Origin: the human T2T-CHM13v2.0 reference genome, Homo sapiens
NCBI RefSeq assembly: GCF_009914755.1
Contig: NC_060947.1
Length of the DNA stretch: 64,000 nucleotides
Direction: 5' to 3' (one strand)
A model generated the notes under the pieces. The model was given only the letters and a program-made list of their open reading frames with translations. It was not told the DNA's origin and made no database searches. This document shows positions 1 through 17,319 of the stretch, in pieces. The position numbers were made by a program, and so were the translations under genes. Each line of letters starts with the position of its first letter. Position 1 is the first letter of the stretch.

Positions 1-1
1 G

Positions 2-17
2 CCAGAAGGTGGCAGCA
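2..17 (+). promoter_or_regulatory. Candidate CTCF motif
   Basis: CCAGAAGGTGGCAGCA resembles the CTCF core CCASYAGRKGGCRS with one mismatch; it sits at the window edge. Confidence 0.4.
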
Positions 18-569
18 AAAGACCACCTCGTGGAAAAGACCTTCTGCTTTCTTCTCTTCACTCTCCTGGGCATCTGGCAGAAGTTGGCTTTGATTGCCAG
101 GGTCCCCACCTCAATTCAAGATGAAGCCTAGTGTAGTAACACCATGCCTGGGGCCAAGAGAGACACACCAAGCACAAGGTAATCAAGAGGCAATAATTCA
201 AGAAAGGGTGCTTCCAAAGGCAAGGGAAGGATAGGAAAAGATATAGGTGAACCTGGCCAGTTAAACTCAATGAAACTTCCTATGTTTGGGGCTCTGTGGA
301 CCCAAAGCTGGGTAAAGCAATCTCTTTCCTTGAGACATAGTCTAGTAAGAGAGATTAAATATATGCGCTTACATGAGGAAAAACAAAAGATCAAGGCCCA
401 AGGTTTTTGGAATGAGCCCACGTTGGGTATTTTCCTTTCCCCTCCAGATCTACTTTTTCTACCCTTTTCCTTACCTCTCCCTGTCCAGAGATGCTGATCT
501 GTATAGATTGGAAGCCAGAAGATAAAGGCACCTGTGAAAATGTTGGCAAGATGACAAGGAAATAGGTAA

Positions 570-885
570 ATGTGCTCAGGCTTTTATTCCCAGGACTCCC
601 TCCTGTGATGTTGCCTTGGCCTGGCCCTGTTGCGGAAGATCTGTTCCTCTCAATGGGCCTGCTCTACAGGATTCTCTCTCATTCTAGTTTCCAGCAACCT
701 TTCCTTCCCCTCATCTCTTCTAGCCTAGTGGTAGTAGTAGCTGCTTCTAGTCTTGGGTTCCTGCACTCTCTTGTAGTCCTCTTCACCCCACCTATGCTTT
801 AATTAAACCCTTTGTAAATAAACCCTCCTTAAATGATCCTAATTCGTGTATGCCATCTGTTTCCTGTTGGGATCCTGCCTGACAC
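570..885 (+). mobile_element. Old ERVL-class LTR remnant
   Basis: Ends ...AATAAA...tgccatctgtttcctgttgggatcctgcctgacaca, a typical old LTR 3' end; family and 5' boundary uncertain. Confidence 0.4.
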
Positions 886-1297
886 AACACCTGGCTAAAT
901 TATATTCATCCTCTACAACTAAGCTCATATAAAACAAGGAATAGCAAGGAGTGGTTTACCTGAAGGCTGTGGCATGTTTTCACAGAGGACTATGAGTAAT
1001 TCAGTACCACCAGAAAATAAGTTATAAGACTAGACGTGGCAGTTCAGTTGAAGGTGACAAGGAGTTAATATGAGACACGAGGTTCTCTTGATCTGGCACC
1101 TAGCATCTTAAACTTATGTCTGAGGAATAAAGGCAGTTCTTAAAGGGCACCGATTAGTTAAGTGGTTTAGAATCTTGAATATAATTTCTACCCAACATAG
1201 AGATTTAAGACAGTAGTTAAGGCATAAAGTTAGCAACATGGAAACCAGTTAGGAAAAATTTACCACAACCTAAAGACATGGCAATTTGAACCAGATT

Positions 1298-1513
1298 TTT
1301 TTTTTTTAAGTTTTAAGTTCAGGGGTACATATGCACAATGTGCAGGTTTGTTACATAGGTAAATATGTGTCATGGGGTTTGTTGTACACATTATTTCATC
1401 AGCCAGGTATTAAGCCTAGTATCCATTAGTTATTTTTCCTGATACTCTTCCTCCTCCCACCTTCCATCCTCCAATAGGCCCCAGTGTGTGTAGTTCCCCT
1501 CTATGTGTCCATG
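1298..1513 (-). mobile_element. Short 5'-truncated older L1PA 3' end
   Basis: Poly(T) followed by antisense L1PA 3'UTR; TSD TTGAACCAGATT at 1286-1297 and 1514-1525. Confidence 0.9.
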
Positions 1514-1652
1514 TTGAACCAGATTCACGGTACTTGGAATGCATATGATAAATATTTAGAAGGTAAAACATCAATAGACCTGGATATTCAAATATTAGGG
1601 ATGTCAAGGAATAAAATAAAACCACCAGAGGTTTAAAAATTACAAAATTGGG

Positions 1653-2354
<702 letters not shown>

Positions 2355-3094
2355 TTTAGTCGATTAACTTCCTAGGCAAAGGAAAGCATGCCTTTGAAGA
2401 AATGCACTGATTTCTTCACTGAGAGAAAAAAATAGTTTTTAAATACCAGGCAGCAGGTTTCATAGTGGTTATACTAATTGAGGATTAAAAACTAGCACTC
2501 TGGCTAACATAGAATGAATCCATAGGTCTGACAAGGTTGGTTTACTCAATTCCTATTATTCATTGGTGAGGAAAGCATCATCAGTTAGGTCCAGTCAGTG
2601 TTTGGCTTACCAGGGGCACTCAAACAGTGTGGTTTTAGTTTTTTGAAAACAAAAATACTTCATCTGTTTACAGACAGTTGCAATGACGCACAACATTTAG
2701 TTTTGGTATTTCTTAGGCAAGTGTTGCTGTACTTAAAACATCTTCCTTTGGTAATGAGGGCACTGGGGAGGAGGACATGGGGGAAGGGAAGGTGATGAAA
2801 GCATTGAAGATCCTCTCAGGTTACTGCCTTACATGATGAATTGGATAAGAATACCATTGACTGTGGTCCTGAATACCAAAAAAAAAAAAAAGGGGGGGGT
2901 TATGGGTAGGCAGGTGATGAGAAAAAAAATCAGACATCTTGGCCATAGTGAATTTGAAATACCAGTGGGATAGACAAGTCTGCAATACAGAGGCTCTAAA
3001 GAAAGGCTTGAGATACAGCTCTGGCAGCCAGCATTGCTCAAGAGGAGCATGAAGAAAGGCAGTGAGCGAAGAAAGGCAGTGGGCAAAGAAAGAT

Positions 3095-3502
3095 TGTGAT
3101 GGTTAATTTTACATGTCAACTTGGCTGGGCAAACAATGCCGGGATATTCAGTCAGACATTATTCTGGATGTTTCTCTGAAGGTGTTTTTGGATGAGATTA
3201 ACATTTAAATTGGTGGACTTTCCCTCCATAATGTGAGTGTGCCTCATCCAATCAGCTGAAGGCCTGAATTGAAGAAAAGACCAACTCCCCCCAAGCAAAG
3301 AGGAATCTGGCCAGCCGATGGTCTTCTGACTTGAACTGCAACATCAGCTCTTCCCTGGGTTTCCAGTCTGAAGGAATTCAGACCTGAACTGTAGATTTTG
3401 GACTTGCCAGCCTCCATAATCACATGAGTCTATTCCTTAAGTGGCTCTACATACACACACATCCTACTGGTTCTGTTTCTCTGAAGAACCCTGACTAACA
3501 CA
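3095..3502 (+). mobile_element. MLT2-family ERVL solo LTR
   Basis: Starts TGTGATGGTTAATTTTA..TGTCAACTTG and ends GAACCCTGACTAACACA. Confidence 0.85.
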
Positions 3503-3949
3503 GACATCTATCCCTCAGCCTTTTGCTATTTACATTAAAGTAGGAAAGTAACTATTTTCGGGTGGAATGAAAACATCTTTCCTTTCCTGAAAGGAATAGA
3601 GATCCTTGACAGCAGGAAATACATATTAGTCAAGCTTATACCACCCATCCCTAACCCTGCCCCTCATCCAGGATATGGAGAACCAGTTTTCTGTTGCTCA
3701 TAATTTTAACTCTAGTGATACTGACACTAGATAATGACTCTGGTGATAGGACTATTAAGTCTCCTCCTGACTGGCCATCAGACTTCTTCTGAGGGAAAAA
3801 AAGAGACCCTATCTCTAAAGGGATTGATGAAAGAAAATAGGGCCAGCTTCTCCATATCTTGTTCCTGCAAAGGTAAGGCATAGTTTTGGGCACTGTCCTC
3901 TTGAGGAGAAGTTTTAGCATCTCCAGACTCATTCTGTTTCATAAGGCTA

Positions 3950-4168
3950 ACAAGAAACCCTGAGTGGGCATCTGCTTGAGAATCACTGACCTAGGGTACT
4001 TCTTTTCAAACTCTAACATGCATATGAATCACTTGGGGACCCTGTTACAAAGCAGATTCTGATTCAGCAAGTCCTGAGTAGGGCCTGAGCATCTACATTT
4101 CTAGGAACCTCCTGAGTTATGCCTATTCTGTCAATTCATGGTCCCCAGTTTAGTAGCAAAGTCCTAAA
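3950..4168. mobile_element. MER5-family hAT DNA transposon remnant
   Basis: Contains gaatcacttgggga...gcagattctgattcag...gggcctgag..tacatttcta, the typical MER5 core. Confidence 0.6.
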
Positions 4169-4351
4169 GAGCAGGAAGTTACAAATGCCCAACTGACTTC
4201 TTTACAAAAATCAGGATAGCTTTTTGAAGAATTAGGCAACAGGCTTCACGTGGCCCAGTGGAGAGCTCTGAGTAATAACTGTTCTCTTGATAGTTGTCTT
4301 CTGTGCGCACATTTATTTTGGGGGACCTTACAGATAAGAGTAACTTGTTAA

Positions 4352-4735
<384 letters not shown>

Positions 4736-6599
4736 CTGAAGTAATTTTTATAGGTTTAAAACTATATACACAGAGGCCTGGCTATTATGTGCTTGGCCTC
4801 ACCCTCTTTGACCAGCACTAGATATTGCTCTCAATCAGGGTCTCTGCCGGTTTAAACAAACTGATTGTGAAAAGTTACAGTTAGCAAGTAGCATTTGTAA
4901 TGAATTCCCCTCCTCCTGGTTCAACATCTAAATGTAAACATACCTCTATTATTTTCCATCAGTACTGTCACTGACAGGAATAGAACCCCACAACCATTAT
5001 CCCATTACATTTATTTTTCTTGCTAATGAGTTTGCACTAGCAGCAACGGTCTACCCAGGATCCAACTTATGTCCCTGGTTCCACTAATACCAGATCCAAC
5101 TTCCATTATGTGTGAAGTCACCTTTCCAAGCTACAGGCTTGCTTACTGCCTGTGGGATGTTGGGAACTTAGGAGACTGGATGTTTTGAACCTACCTCCAG
5201 TGAAATGTTCTATTGGGATGGATATGATTTGACGCACTGTGGAACGTGCTCCAGGAGAGGGATCCACTTACCTGAAACTCCACATTTTTATGAAGAAGTA
5301 GAGAGGAGAGAGGGAATATCCAACCAGTCTTGTAAACATCAATTAAAATTCCTTGAGCTCACAGAGTCAGAAAAATATCTTTCTGATAGGAGGAACATGC
5401 CATTCTCAAACATCAGGCAGGCAGGGAAGTTTGCACACCCATGCCAGAACCAGCTAGGGAAACAGCATTTCCTAAGCTACCTATGGTACAGGGGAGGGGA
5501 GCTACTTACAGTGGATGAGTGGGTGGCTGGGGGGTGGGTGTGCAAAGGGAACTATCTATAGGGGTGGGGCAACCTGGGCTGTCTAATAGACAAATGGGCT
5601 TATGTCTGTCTCCTCTAAAAGCTATTTTAAGAGGCCCACAGTGTATACACAACCTCTGTGGGATGGTATAATTAATCCATAAGTAATTAAAGAACATGAG
5701 CCTAGGGAAGATAGCTTCTTAAACCAAAACATAGTGGGGCAGGGTGGAAACCAATGAAAAAAGAATTGAAAGAAAATAAAGGACTAAGAAAAACCAACAC
5801 CTGTCATGTCTTGACTTTAGGAATCAGACATAAGTGAGCGGAGAATCTTAGTTCTGTCCATTCAAAACCAATTCAGCAGGCAATTAAAGCTTTAGAGATA
5901 GCATAGACACATCTAGAAAGAGTTGGAATCTAACAGAACATGAACCAACTCAAGAAAACACAGAAACTATCAGAGTCCAGGCTGATACCATAAGAAAAGA
6001 AACAAGGTGGCTCTAAACTGGAGAGAATGCTGTACCCAGCCCTGCCCCAACTTGGGAGAAGGTTGACTAACTGATCTTGTTTTAAAATATAGGAGTAAAT
6101 ATTTGATAGACTTGGAAAACACACAAAAAGTAAGCACTAGAGGTAAGGTAAAATTATCCCAAATCCCGCAACTCAAAGAGAATTTGTGTTAGATTTCTTC
6201 TGCTCTTTTCCTTAGGCACATTATTTTCTCTTTTTAAAGACTGGGATTATGATATATAACAGTATCATGCAGTACTATTTGAATTCTAAAACTTTTGTGA
6301 AGTATTAAATAATTAAAATTGAACATAGCTGCAAGACTTATAGTGAAAATAAACAGGTTTTTCTTCCATGCTCCACCTTAACATTTCATAAGTTTACTTA
6401 TTATAGAAGATGAATATTAGCACTCTTATATAATACCAGTTTCTCTCTCTTTTAATGTTATATAGGTTTCTGGTTAAACCAGTATTTAATATTTACCTTT
6501 ATGATTACTATGAGTCACTACTAAGCCAAGTGGTACATATGATTATGAGTCCTTGTTGATATTCTTCTACCTCATTCCTGGAATTTGCCTGGCTTTTCT

Positions 6600-8090
6600 T
6601 GTTTTTTATCATCAGTTATATATTTGTATAGGTTCAAAGGAAATAATTTGGAAATTCAACATGTCTTACAAGACTTACAATTTTAGTTATCAGTCATTAG
6701 TGGAGAAAAACCTTTTTGAACTAAAAAACACTACTATTATATTGCTTCAGCTTTGTGTATTGAAACAGATGCCTATAGGTTCTCAATTCTTTCCAGAATT
6801 TCCAAGTCCCCAAAAATATTATTTGATGATGTATTATACACACTTCAAAGCCCCATTTCTCTTATACTAAATGTCCAGAAGTAGACATGTTTTCAGGAGA
6901 TATTGATGATGTACTATTTGTCAACAGGAAAGAGGAAGAGAAGGAAGGAAGGAAAGGCAGGTCTTTTTCTTGCTTGGCATTCATTTTCAACATTTCTTCT
7001 TTCTGAGAGATTTCTTACATTCACCTTTCCATCAAGACTTAAGTACATGTTCTGAGCAATAGTCCTAAGTGCCCAAGTGGAGATGTCTGCTCATTACTGA
7101 GTATTGGGTCAATGGCACTTCCTTGAGTATACCAGTATTTTCTGGATTTTTCCTTAACAGCTTCTGAATCCAAGTTCCAAAACACTAAGAAAATCTGAAG
7201 CCTTTTTGTGCATTTTTGTGCATCTACCTCAAATGAATCTTCAATTTTTGAATCACACTAGCAATTGCCTGATTCACTTTTTGCTTTACTTCCAGCAAAA
7301 TCATTTTTAATTTGTAATCTTTTTTCCAAACTCTTCATCTCTGCCATTTGCAAACGTCTGGACATTCCCTTTTATCCCATACTGTGGCATCAATACTCTT
7401 CCCTTTTTCCCCTTTCACTTTCTTTCAAGATTGGCTGGAGTTGCATGGTTTTCTCTTCCTTCTTCCCTTCATTTTGCAGTCTTCTAATTTGATCTTCAAG
7501 CAGAAGCTGCATAATTTCCTATGGAACAGGACAATCTTTTCATGTACACTAAAAGGACAGTAAACCTCAGGATATTTTGCATGTTTGGATATGTATCTGT
7601 CATACTTGAGTACTAAAGCCATGGTCACATGTATTGCAAGGGAGTAGAATACCCTTTTTTCCTATTTTCTACTGGAGATATTAAAATCATTGCAATCTAT
7701 GTCTTGTTTTCCACAAAAAATAAGCGATTTCAATATCATAGTACTGGGGACAGTGTCCTGAAATTTCCTTTTCCTCAGCAGAAGTATTACAAGCCTCTGG
7801 ATGAAAATTGGGAATCCGGGAAGGCTGTAAAACAAGGAGGGCACTAGGTGCAGAAGGGGCAGTGCCCAGGGGAAAGGCTGGGCATCAAGAAGGTGCTACA
7901 CCTCTGAGAAAAGTGGTAGAGGTGGTAAGGATAGAAGCTGCTGCAGCGTTGCTCAGAGCATCCAGTTGTCCAACAGGGGGACAGTGCTGTCCAGAGGCCC
8001 CAACATGGGTGTCAACCGTGGGGTTGGGTGCAGCAACCATATCATAGAAGGGATGAAAAACTAGCTGCGTCAGCTATAGGACTTGCCAGC
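6600..8090 (-). pseudogene. Old processed pseudogene of NUFIP1 (CDS-equivalent 8077->6773)
   Basis: Manual minus-strand translation is colinear with human NUFIP1 as recalled. (I)ADAAS matches MAEPTS. RLTPMLGPLDSTVPLLDNWML*ATL matches ELTPTLGPLSDTAPPRDSWMFWAML. KYDRYISKHAKYPEVYCPFSVHEKIVLFHRK matches [61 protein letters not shown] matches YLLEMLLAPDIRHERNVILQCVRYIIKKDFFGL. No introns, start ATG->ATA, many stops and frameshifts. Confidence 0.88.
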
Positions 8091-8289
8091 TTGGGAAACT
8101 CACCCACAAATGCCTTTTTTGTCTTATTTTTCATTACCTCACTTTCCTATCTATTATTAATTCTTCACGTTCTATAATAGAACTCTGAAACTCTTATGAA
8201 TGCTACTTTCTACATAATCAAAATCTAATATTTTATCATGGGGAAAAAATCCATGACTGGGCAATTATTTTTATTTTTTTATTTTGATT

Positions 8290-9320
8290 TATTTGATATG
8301 ACCCCAGACGCACAGGCAACAAAAGCAAAAATAGACAAATGAGACTATATCAAACTTAAAAAGCTTTTGCACAGCAAAGGAAACCGAGTGAAGAGATAAT
8401 CTATGGATTGGGAGAAAATATTTGCAAACTGCACCTCTTATAAGGAGTTAATATCCAAAATATATAAAGAAACAGATTCAATAGCAAGAAAATAAATAAC
8501 CCAATTTAAAAATGGGCAAAGGACTTGAATAGACATTTCTCCAAAGAAGATATACTAATGGACAACAAGTATGTGAAAAAGTGTTCAACCCAACTAGGAA
8601 AATGCAAATTACCAATACTTAGGAAAATGCAAATTAAAACCATAATGAGCTATCATCTCATACCCGTTAGGATGGTTATTGCCAAAAAGACAAAAGAGCA
8701 AGCGTTAATGAGGATGTGGAGAAAAGGGAACCCTTGTACACTAAGAATGTAAGTTAGTACAGCTATTATGAAAAATAGTATAGGGTTTTCTCTAAAAAAA
8801 CTAAGACTAGAATTACTTATGATCCAACAATCCCACTTCTGAGTCCATATCCAAAAACGGAAGTCACTGTGTTGAAGAGATATCTTCACTCTCATGTTCA
8901 ATGCAGCATTATTCACAATAGCCAAGATATGGAATCAACCTAAGTGTCTATCAACAGATGGATGGATTTTAAAAATGTGGTACACGTGCACAATGGAATA
9001 CTATTCAGCCCTTACAAGGAAGGAAATTCTGTCATTTATGACAACATGGATGAATCTGGAGAACGTTATGCTAAGTGAAACAAGCCAGGCAAAGAAAGAA
9101 AAATACTACGTGATCTCACTTCCATGTGTAGCCTAAGGAAGTTGAACTCCTGGAAGTATAGAGTACAGTGATGGTTACCAGAGGCTGGGAGAAGTGAAAG
9201 AGAGATGGGAAGATGTTGGTTAAAGGGTACAAAAATTCCAGTTAGGCAAGAAGAATCAGGTTGAGATGTATTATGTAAAAGTGATAGATGTGAGGTGATG
9301 GACATGTTAGCTTGATTTAA
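8290..9320 (+). mobile_element. L1MA-type ORF2 3' end and 3'UTR (first part)
   Basis: ORFs MNRHFSKED... and [15 protein letters not shown]... are L1 ORF2p C-terminus; followed by an L1M-type 3'UTR. Confidence 0.88.
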
Positions 9321-9910
9321 GTATATCAAACTGATACCTATACTTCCATGTCTACTGTAGCACTATTCACAATACCCAAGGTATGTAATCAACGAAATAT
9401 TGATCAACAGATGAATGGATAAAGAATGTGGTATATATACACAATGGAATATTACTTCGTCATAAAAGAGAATGAACTGGATGGAACTGGAGGTCATTAT
9501 GTTAAGTGAAATAAGCCAGACACTGAAAGACAAATACGGCATGTTCTCATATTTTGAAGCTAAAATAGATCTCATGGAGGTAGAAAGTAGAATGGTGATT
9601 ACCAGAAGATGGGAAGGGAAGAAGGATGGTAGTGGATGAAGAGAAATTGGTTAAAGGGTTTAAAAATACAGTTAGATAGAAGGTATAAGTTTTAGTATTT
9701 GATGATACAGTAGGAAAATTATAGTTAATGATAATGTACTGTATATTACAAAATAGCTAGAAGAGAAGAATTATAATGGTCCCAACACAAAGAAAAGATA
9801 AATATTTGAGGTGATGGATATCCCAATTACCCTGATGGATCATTATACATTGCAGACAGGTATCAAAATATCACATGTACCCCCCAAAATATGTGCCAAT
9901 TAAAAATGAT
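9321..9910 (+). mobile_element. Second 5'-truncated L1MA-type element, nested in the first
   Basis: Restarts in late ORF2 (gtatatcaaa..gatacc..cactattcacaata) and runs through a second 3'UTR. Confidence 0.8.
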
Positions 9911-10454
9911 GTTTAAATGTAATTTATGCATATCTTGTTAAGATTTTAAAGACCAAAAACACCCTTCAGTGTTAAACTCAAGAGACTTTTCATTATTTTA
10001 ATGCAATTCAATTGTATTAAAAGGAAAGCCATTAAGTATCCACTATGTGTAAAGAATTATGCTCCCAGGGCAGGAGATACAGAGATGAATAAGGCATAGT
10101 CCTGGCCCAAGAAGGGTCTTTCATGTTACTCTCAACAAGCAAATGAGTAACCTATCAAACGAAAGATCTATAATAATCATAATGTTGTATTCCAGCAAAT
10201 GATTACCAAAAATGTTTTTCATGATTTATAGTGAAAAAGCCATGTTTTTTGAAAAGCTGGCAGAAAATACTTAACAATTTAGAAGTATGCTGCAATAAGT
10301 ACACCTTCAACTTATTACAGGTCTCCACAGAGTAACAGAGGTTCTGGGGGTAAAGATAGGCATAACCCTCCAACGACCAATAAATTTCAGAGTTAAAGTT
10401 ATCTTTTTTAGAAAGCAATGTATGGCCTAATGCAGTTTACTTTACATCCAAAAA

Positions 10455-10545
10455 TTAGTTTGATTTAATCATTCCATGATGTATACTTATATCAAAACAT
10501 CATGCTGTGCCCTGTAAACATATACAATTATCAATTAAATAAAAT
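10455..10545 (+). mobile_element. Terminal 3'UTR piece of the first L1MA
   Basis: ttagtttgatttaatcattcca...tatcaaaacatca...catatacaattat resumes where 8290-9320 stops. Confidence 0.7.
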
Positions 10546-11957
10546 TTTTCAAAAATGATTTCAAAAAAATCTAGTGTTTTGTTTTCTTGGAACCACCTCT
10601 CCTACAGCCCTCAGTTTTTCTTCCACAGCTCACTGGATGTTGATCTGGTAAGGTAATGCAAGCTTGTTAGAGTCCCACCAACTGTCATACCAATAGGTTT
10701 TCTCTAGGAATTTTGCTTTTGGAGATGTTGAGCAAGCCCTGTCTCCAGTGTGGGATGGAAGGGAAGAGAAAAAAGCCCCATGGCCAGCATTTTTAGGGTG
10801 AGCTTGAGAAAGGATTGTGAGTCTCCCCACTCAATTAGGAATATCTTCATTTCATCATTCCTCTCAATGTGACAGTTGAAGGATCAACTCCTATTGTGTT
10901 TAATGCCCTGAAATTTAGAGCTTCTCTGGTACAATGTTTCCTCAGAACAAGCCTCCAGATTCCAGTGCCATTCTGGGTTAAGTGGTCTCCAGGATTTATA
11001 GGAGAGGGAAAGGGGGCTGGGAGATTAATGAGTTCATTATACAGACTTTTTAAACGACTCCTTTATTTTCGCCACTACGACTCATCTTCTGAGGTACAGT
11101 ATCTTGTCAAGCATTTTCTTGTCAGCAGACCAAATCAGAATACTTTTCATGGCATCACCTCTGCCAACACTTGCTATTAGAAAGGAGACAGAGGAGCTGA
11201 TAACATTTCTTTCTTAGCTTTCAAAGATGTGTTGATATTTTTCCACTGTTGTCTCCTCTCCCATCTTCTTTCTGCCTGTTTCTTTACAGAACCAAATTAA
11301 AATGAGAAGCAGGAATTCTTTAAAAGTATTAACCCCCAAAGACAAACAGTTCTAATCCAATATGTATAAGCATAAATCTACCCTTTTCCTTGGGTTTTGT
11401 GAGCTTTAACCTAGCAAAATTGTTTTAACTTAAGTTTGTATTTTGGAATACAAACAGCTTGACATTTTACTTCTCAAATTAGTATATTTACTGTTCCTCC
11501 CTCTTCACCTCTCTTTTCTCAAACAACCTGATTGTTATTGATTACCTTGTCCTTCTTAGCTTTAACGGTATAAAATTAAATATAAATGCTATCGTAGCAA
11601 ACAATGTGACCTCTCAGCTATAAAAGATGAGGAAATCAGCATATGTATAAAAGCTGATAATGTAGAAATGACCATTACTTCCCAGCATCCCTCTCCTTTT
11701 CATTCTATGTTTATTGGTTACAAAATAGAATGTGAATGTCCAAATTTATTTGAAACAATCTTTCAAGCATATTTGATTTCGTAAGTTCTTTTAGCATAGT
11801 TTTTTCAGTAATTTTATCTGATTGAATTTAATGTTTAATATTTCTAAGGAAAGGGCTCATTCCCTGAGATCTAGAATGCTCATTAAAATATATTTATAGG
11901 TATTTCTTTTGTTCAAATAAGGGCAAGCAAAGTACTCAAGAAAATAAAACATGACCC

Positions 11958-12021
11958 AAGAATTTTACATGCAGCAACTACTCTTCAAGAAGAATTTTAT
12001 ATGCAGCAACTACTCTTCAAG
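11958..12021. repeat. 32-bp tandem duplication
   Basis: AAGAATTTTA(C/T)ATGCAGCAACTACTCTTCAAG x2, one mismatch. Confidence 0.9.
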
Positions 12022-12472
12022 AAGTAGTGAATATTGAGGAATGAAGGCAATCTTTTTATCCAGAAAGCTTTTAAACTAGAAGGCCATACCATGACCTAGG
12101 AAGATTAAGTCATTATGTTTTAATCATGAACATCTTATGTCCAAAACAAAAATGAATCTTTGGGCAGCCAGGCAAAAGACTGTCATTCACAAGAGAAAGA
12201 GAAAAAACTTGAAGCTATAAATTAATGCTTAATTTGAAACCATTAAAAGTACTGAATGGTGGCCCAGAAGTAAAGGGATAAAAAGAATTTAAAAGGATGA
12301 GTGAGAAAAGAAATAGGGGAGCTCCAAAACATGCACAATTTCATTTCTTTCTTATTTTTCTTTCCTATTCCTTGCTATAATTTCAGCAATGCCTACCTTC
12401 TTCTACATTTCCTCTTAATTTGTGTATTTTTCTTCCATTTAAAGTGTGAGCTGGTAGAGCTCAGAAAGTATT

Positions 12473-13012
<540 letters not shown>

Positions 13013-13151
13013 TTAGAGAGATAATTGCTTTAAATTTTCTTTTTAGGATAACATATTTTAGTTTTTATTTTCTCCGTGACAATATTTTTCTTGTATTAGT
13101 CTGCCACAAGGTATTCCTATGAATTTCCTGTATTTTTTTTTTCATCTCTAA

Positions 13152-13480
<329 letters not shown>

Positions 13481-14748
13481 GCTGTTTCCTTTTTAATTAC
13501 TCATCTTTAGTTCAGAAAAGCTTTTTTCTGCCAGTCAAAATCATTTACAGATTTATGGTGGATGGGGTAGGCCCTGTTCCAAACAAGGAAAATTTTATCC
13601 AATGGATATAGACTTAGCATAAGGAACACCTCTATGAGTACCTCTTCTCCCAACAGCCACATGGACAAAATGTGGCTTGTCTGTGTGCATTTCTGTTCAG
13701 CTTCACCAACTTTTCCCTCTAAGAACCAGGAAACCTTTGGCAGCCAGGCTGTGTTTCCCATTTCTACTACTGCCATCAAGGAATTTATGTTTAGGGTGTG
13801 TTTATCACCTTAAAGAAATGAGTTTTATCAGCCCTTACTGAAATCTACAGCCACACAAATTCTCTTTCCATTTCCTCCCATATGTATTCCAGTTTGATTA
13901 TCACTTTGGGCACTCATTCCACTCATTTTGTGGTTTGGGTTTTTAGTGAAAGCAGAAGTCCACTAAGATGGAACACATTTCTTTTTCTGCCTCCTGGGGT
14001 ATGTCTGGATGATTTCCAAGAGGACAGGGAAATGCTAACTTTACACCTACATCTTCAGACCAAAATATCTCCAGAACAGGAATTCTTGATGATCTTTTGG
14101 AAGGCTGAAATAATACAGGGTTCACAGGTCTCTTCCTCTCATATATCCTCACATTTTACCCAGCTTCTACAGCAAAGCAAGTACCAGAGAAAACGAATGT
14201 CTATATAATCCAGCCAAGCTTTTGAATTAAGAATTTTTCTTTGGTTTATATATGTATTTTTTAGAGACCTTGAGGAAGCAAGTTGTTCAGGCAAGGGTCA
14301 CTTTGGGGCAGGGAACCCATATACACTTCTTTCCACTTAGCACACTTAACTGCCATCAAAATTCTGTATGTCTTTACAACACTGAATCATATAACATCTG
14401 ATGGGATTGTATTCTCACGAAATTTTTCCTATCCAAAGAAGGGCCAGGAAGGAAAAAGATTACTGTACTCCTGACTGCAAGGTCTTCAGCATTCAGTGAT
14501 ATTACAGGATGTTGCAGGAACTGTACCCTATTATAATGGGGGCAATTGGTCCCTAAATGGATATCATGTTGGGGATGCCTAAGGATCTGGGTTCATCAAG
14601 GTTTCTGGTTTCCAAACAAAATTCAGTCACTATTTGAACTTCTGCATGTCACACTAGATTTGAAGAAGAGGAAAGTACCTTGTCTATTTAAGCTAAACAG
14701 GCCTGATAAGAGGTCACTTCCAAAACAGAATGTTTCTGAAGAAAAGTC

Positions 14749-16796
<2,048 letters not shown>

Positions 16797-17319
16797 TTAT
16801 CTTCTTTCTGGGAAACTCAGGTTAATAGAGACCCATTAAAAACAAACAAAAAACTTAAAGGCAAAGGCTTATGTGCCACTAATTTTTAAGGAAAGTATCA
16901 TCCAACAGAAAGAAAGGTAAGGAGGGAAAGATGAGGAAGGCATATTACTAAATTTGAGCAACTGGTTCTATGAGATTGCCCTGTTTGGTATCAAGAGCAA
17001 CTGTCTTCCCAGAGGCTGTATAAAGAGCTACTTCTCAGAGCAGTGTGCTTGTGGAAGGAAGAGGAAGAATTTGTCTGCCAGCTGCCTCTCATTGCTTAAA
17101 ATTTCAGCCCATACCAAATCATCTCTCCTGTGCTATTCTGATCCTTCTAGGCCTCAGCATCAAGCATGCCCCGGGAGCTAGAGATAAGCACTCTGTGGCT
17201 TAGGTATAGAGCTGCTGTCAGGTTGCACCTGCATGAAGTTGGAATCCATGTAGATTTCATGACTGGCCGTTTGTTCCAGCAATATCTGCTGCTGCAAAGG
17301 CAACATAATGATAAAAGGA

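Noticed and set aside
5205-5561. 118-aa ATG ORF
   Set aside because: No recognisable homology or gene context; length is compatible with chance.
6580-8100. Possible TSD and poly(A) for the NUFIP1 retrocopy (TTGCCTGGCTT vs TTGCCAGCTT; T-rich 6594-6607)
   Set aside because: Too short and degenerate to distinguish from chance.
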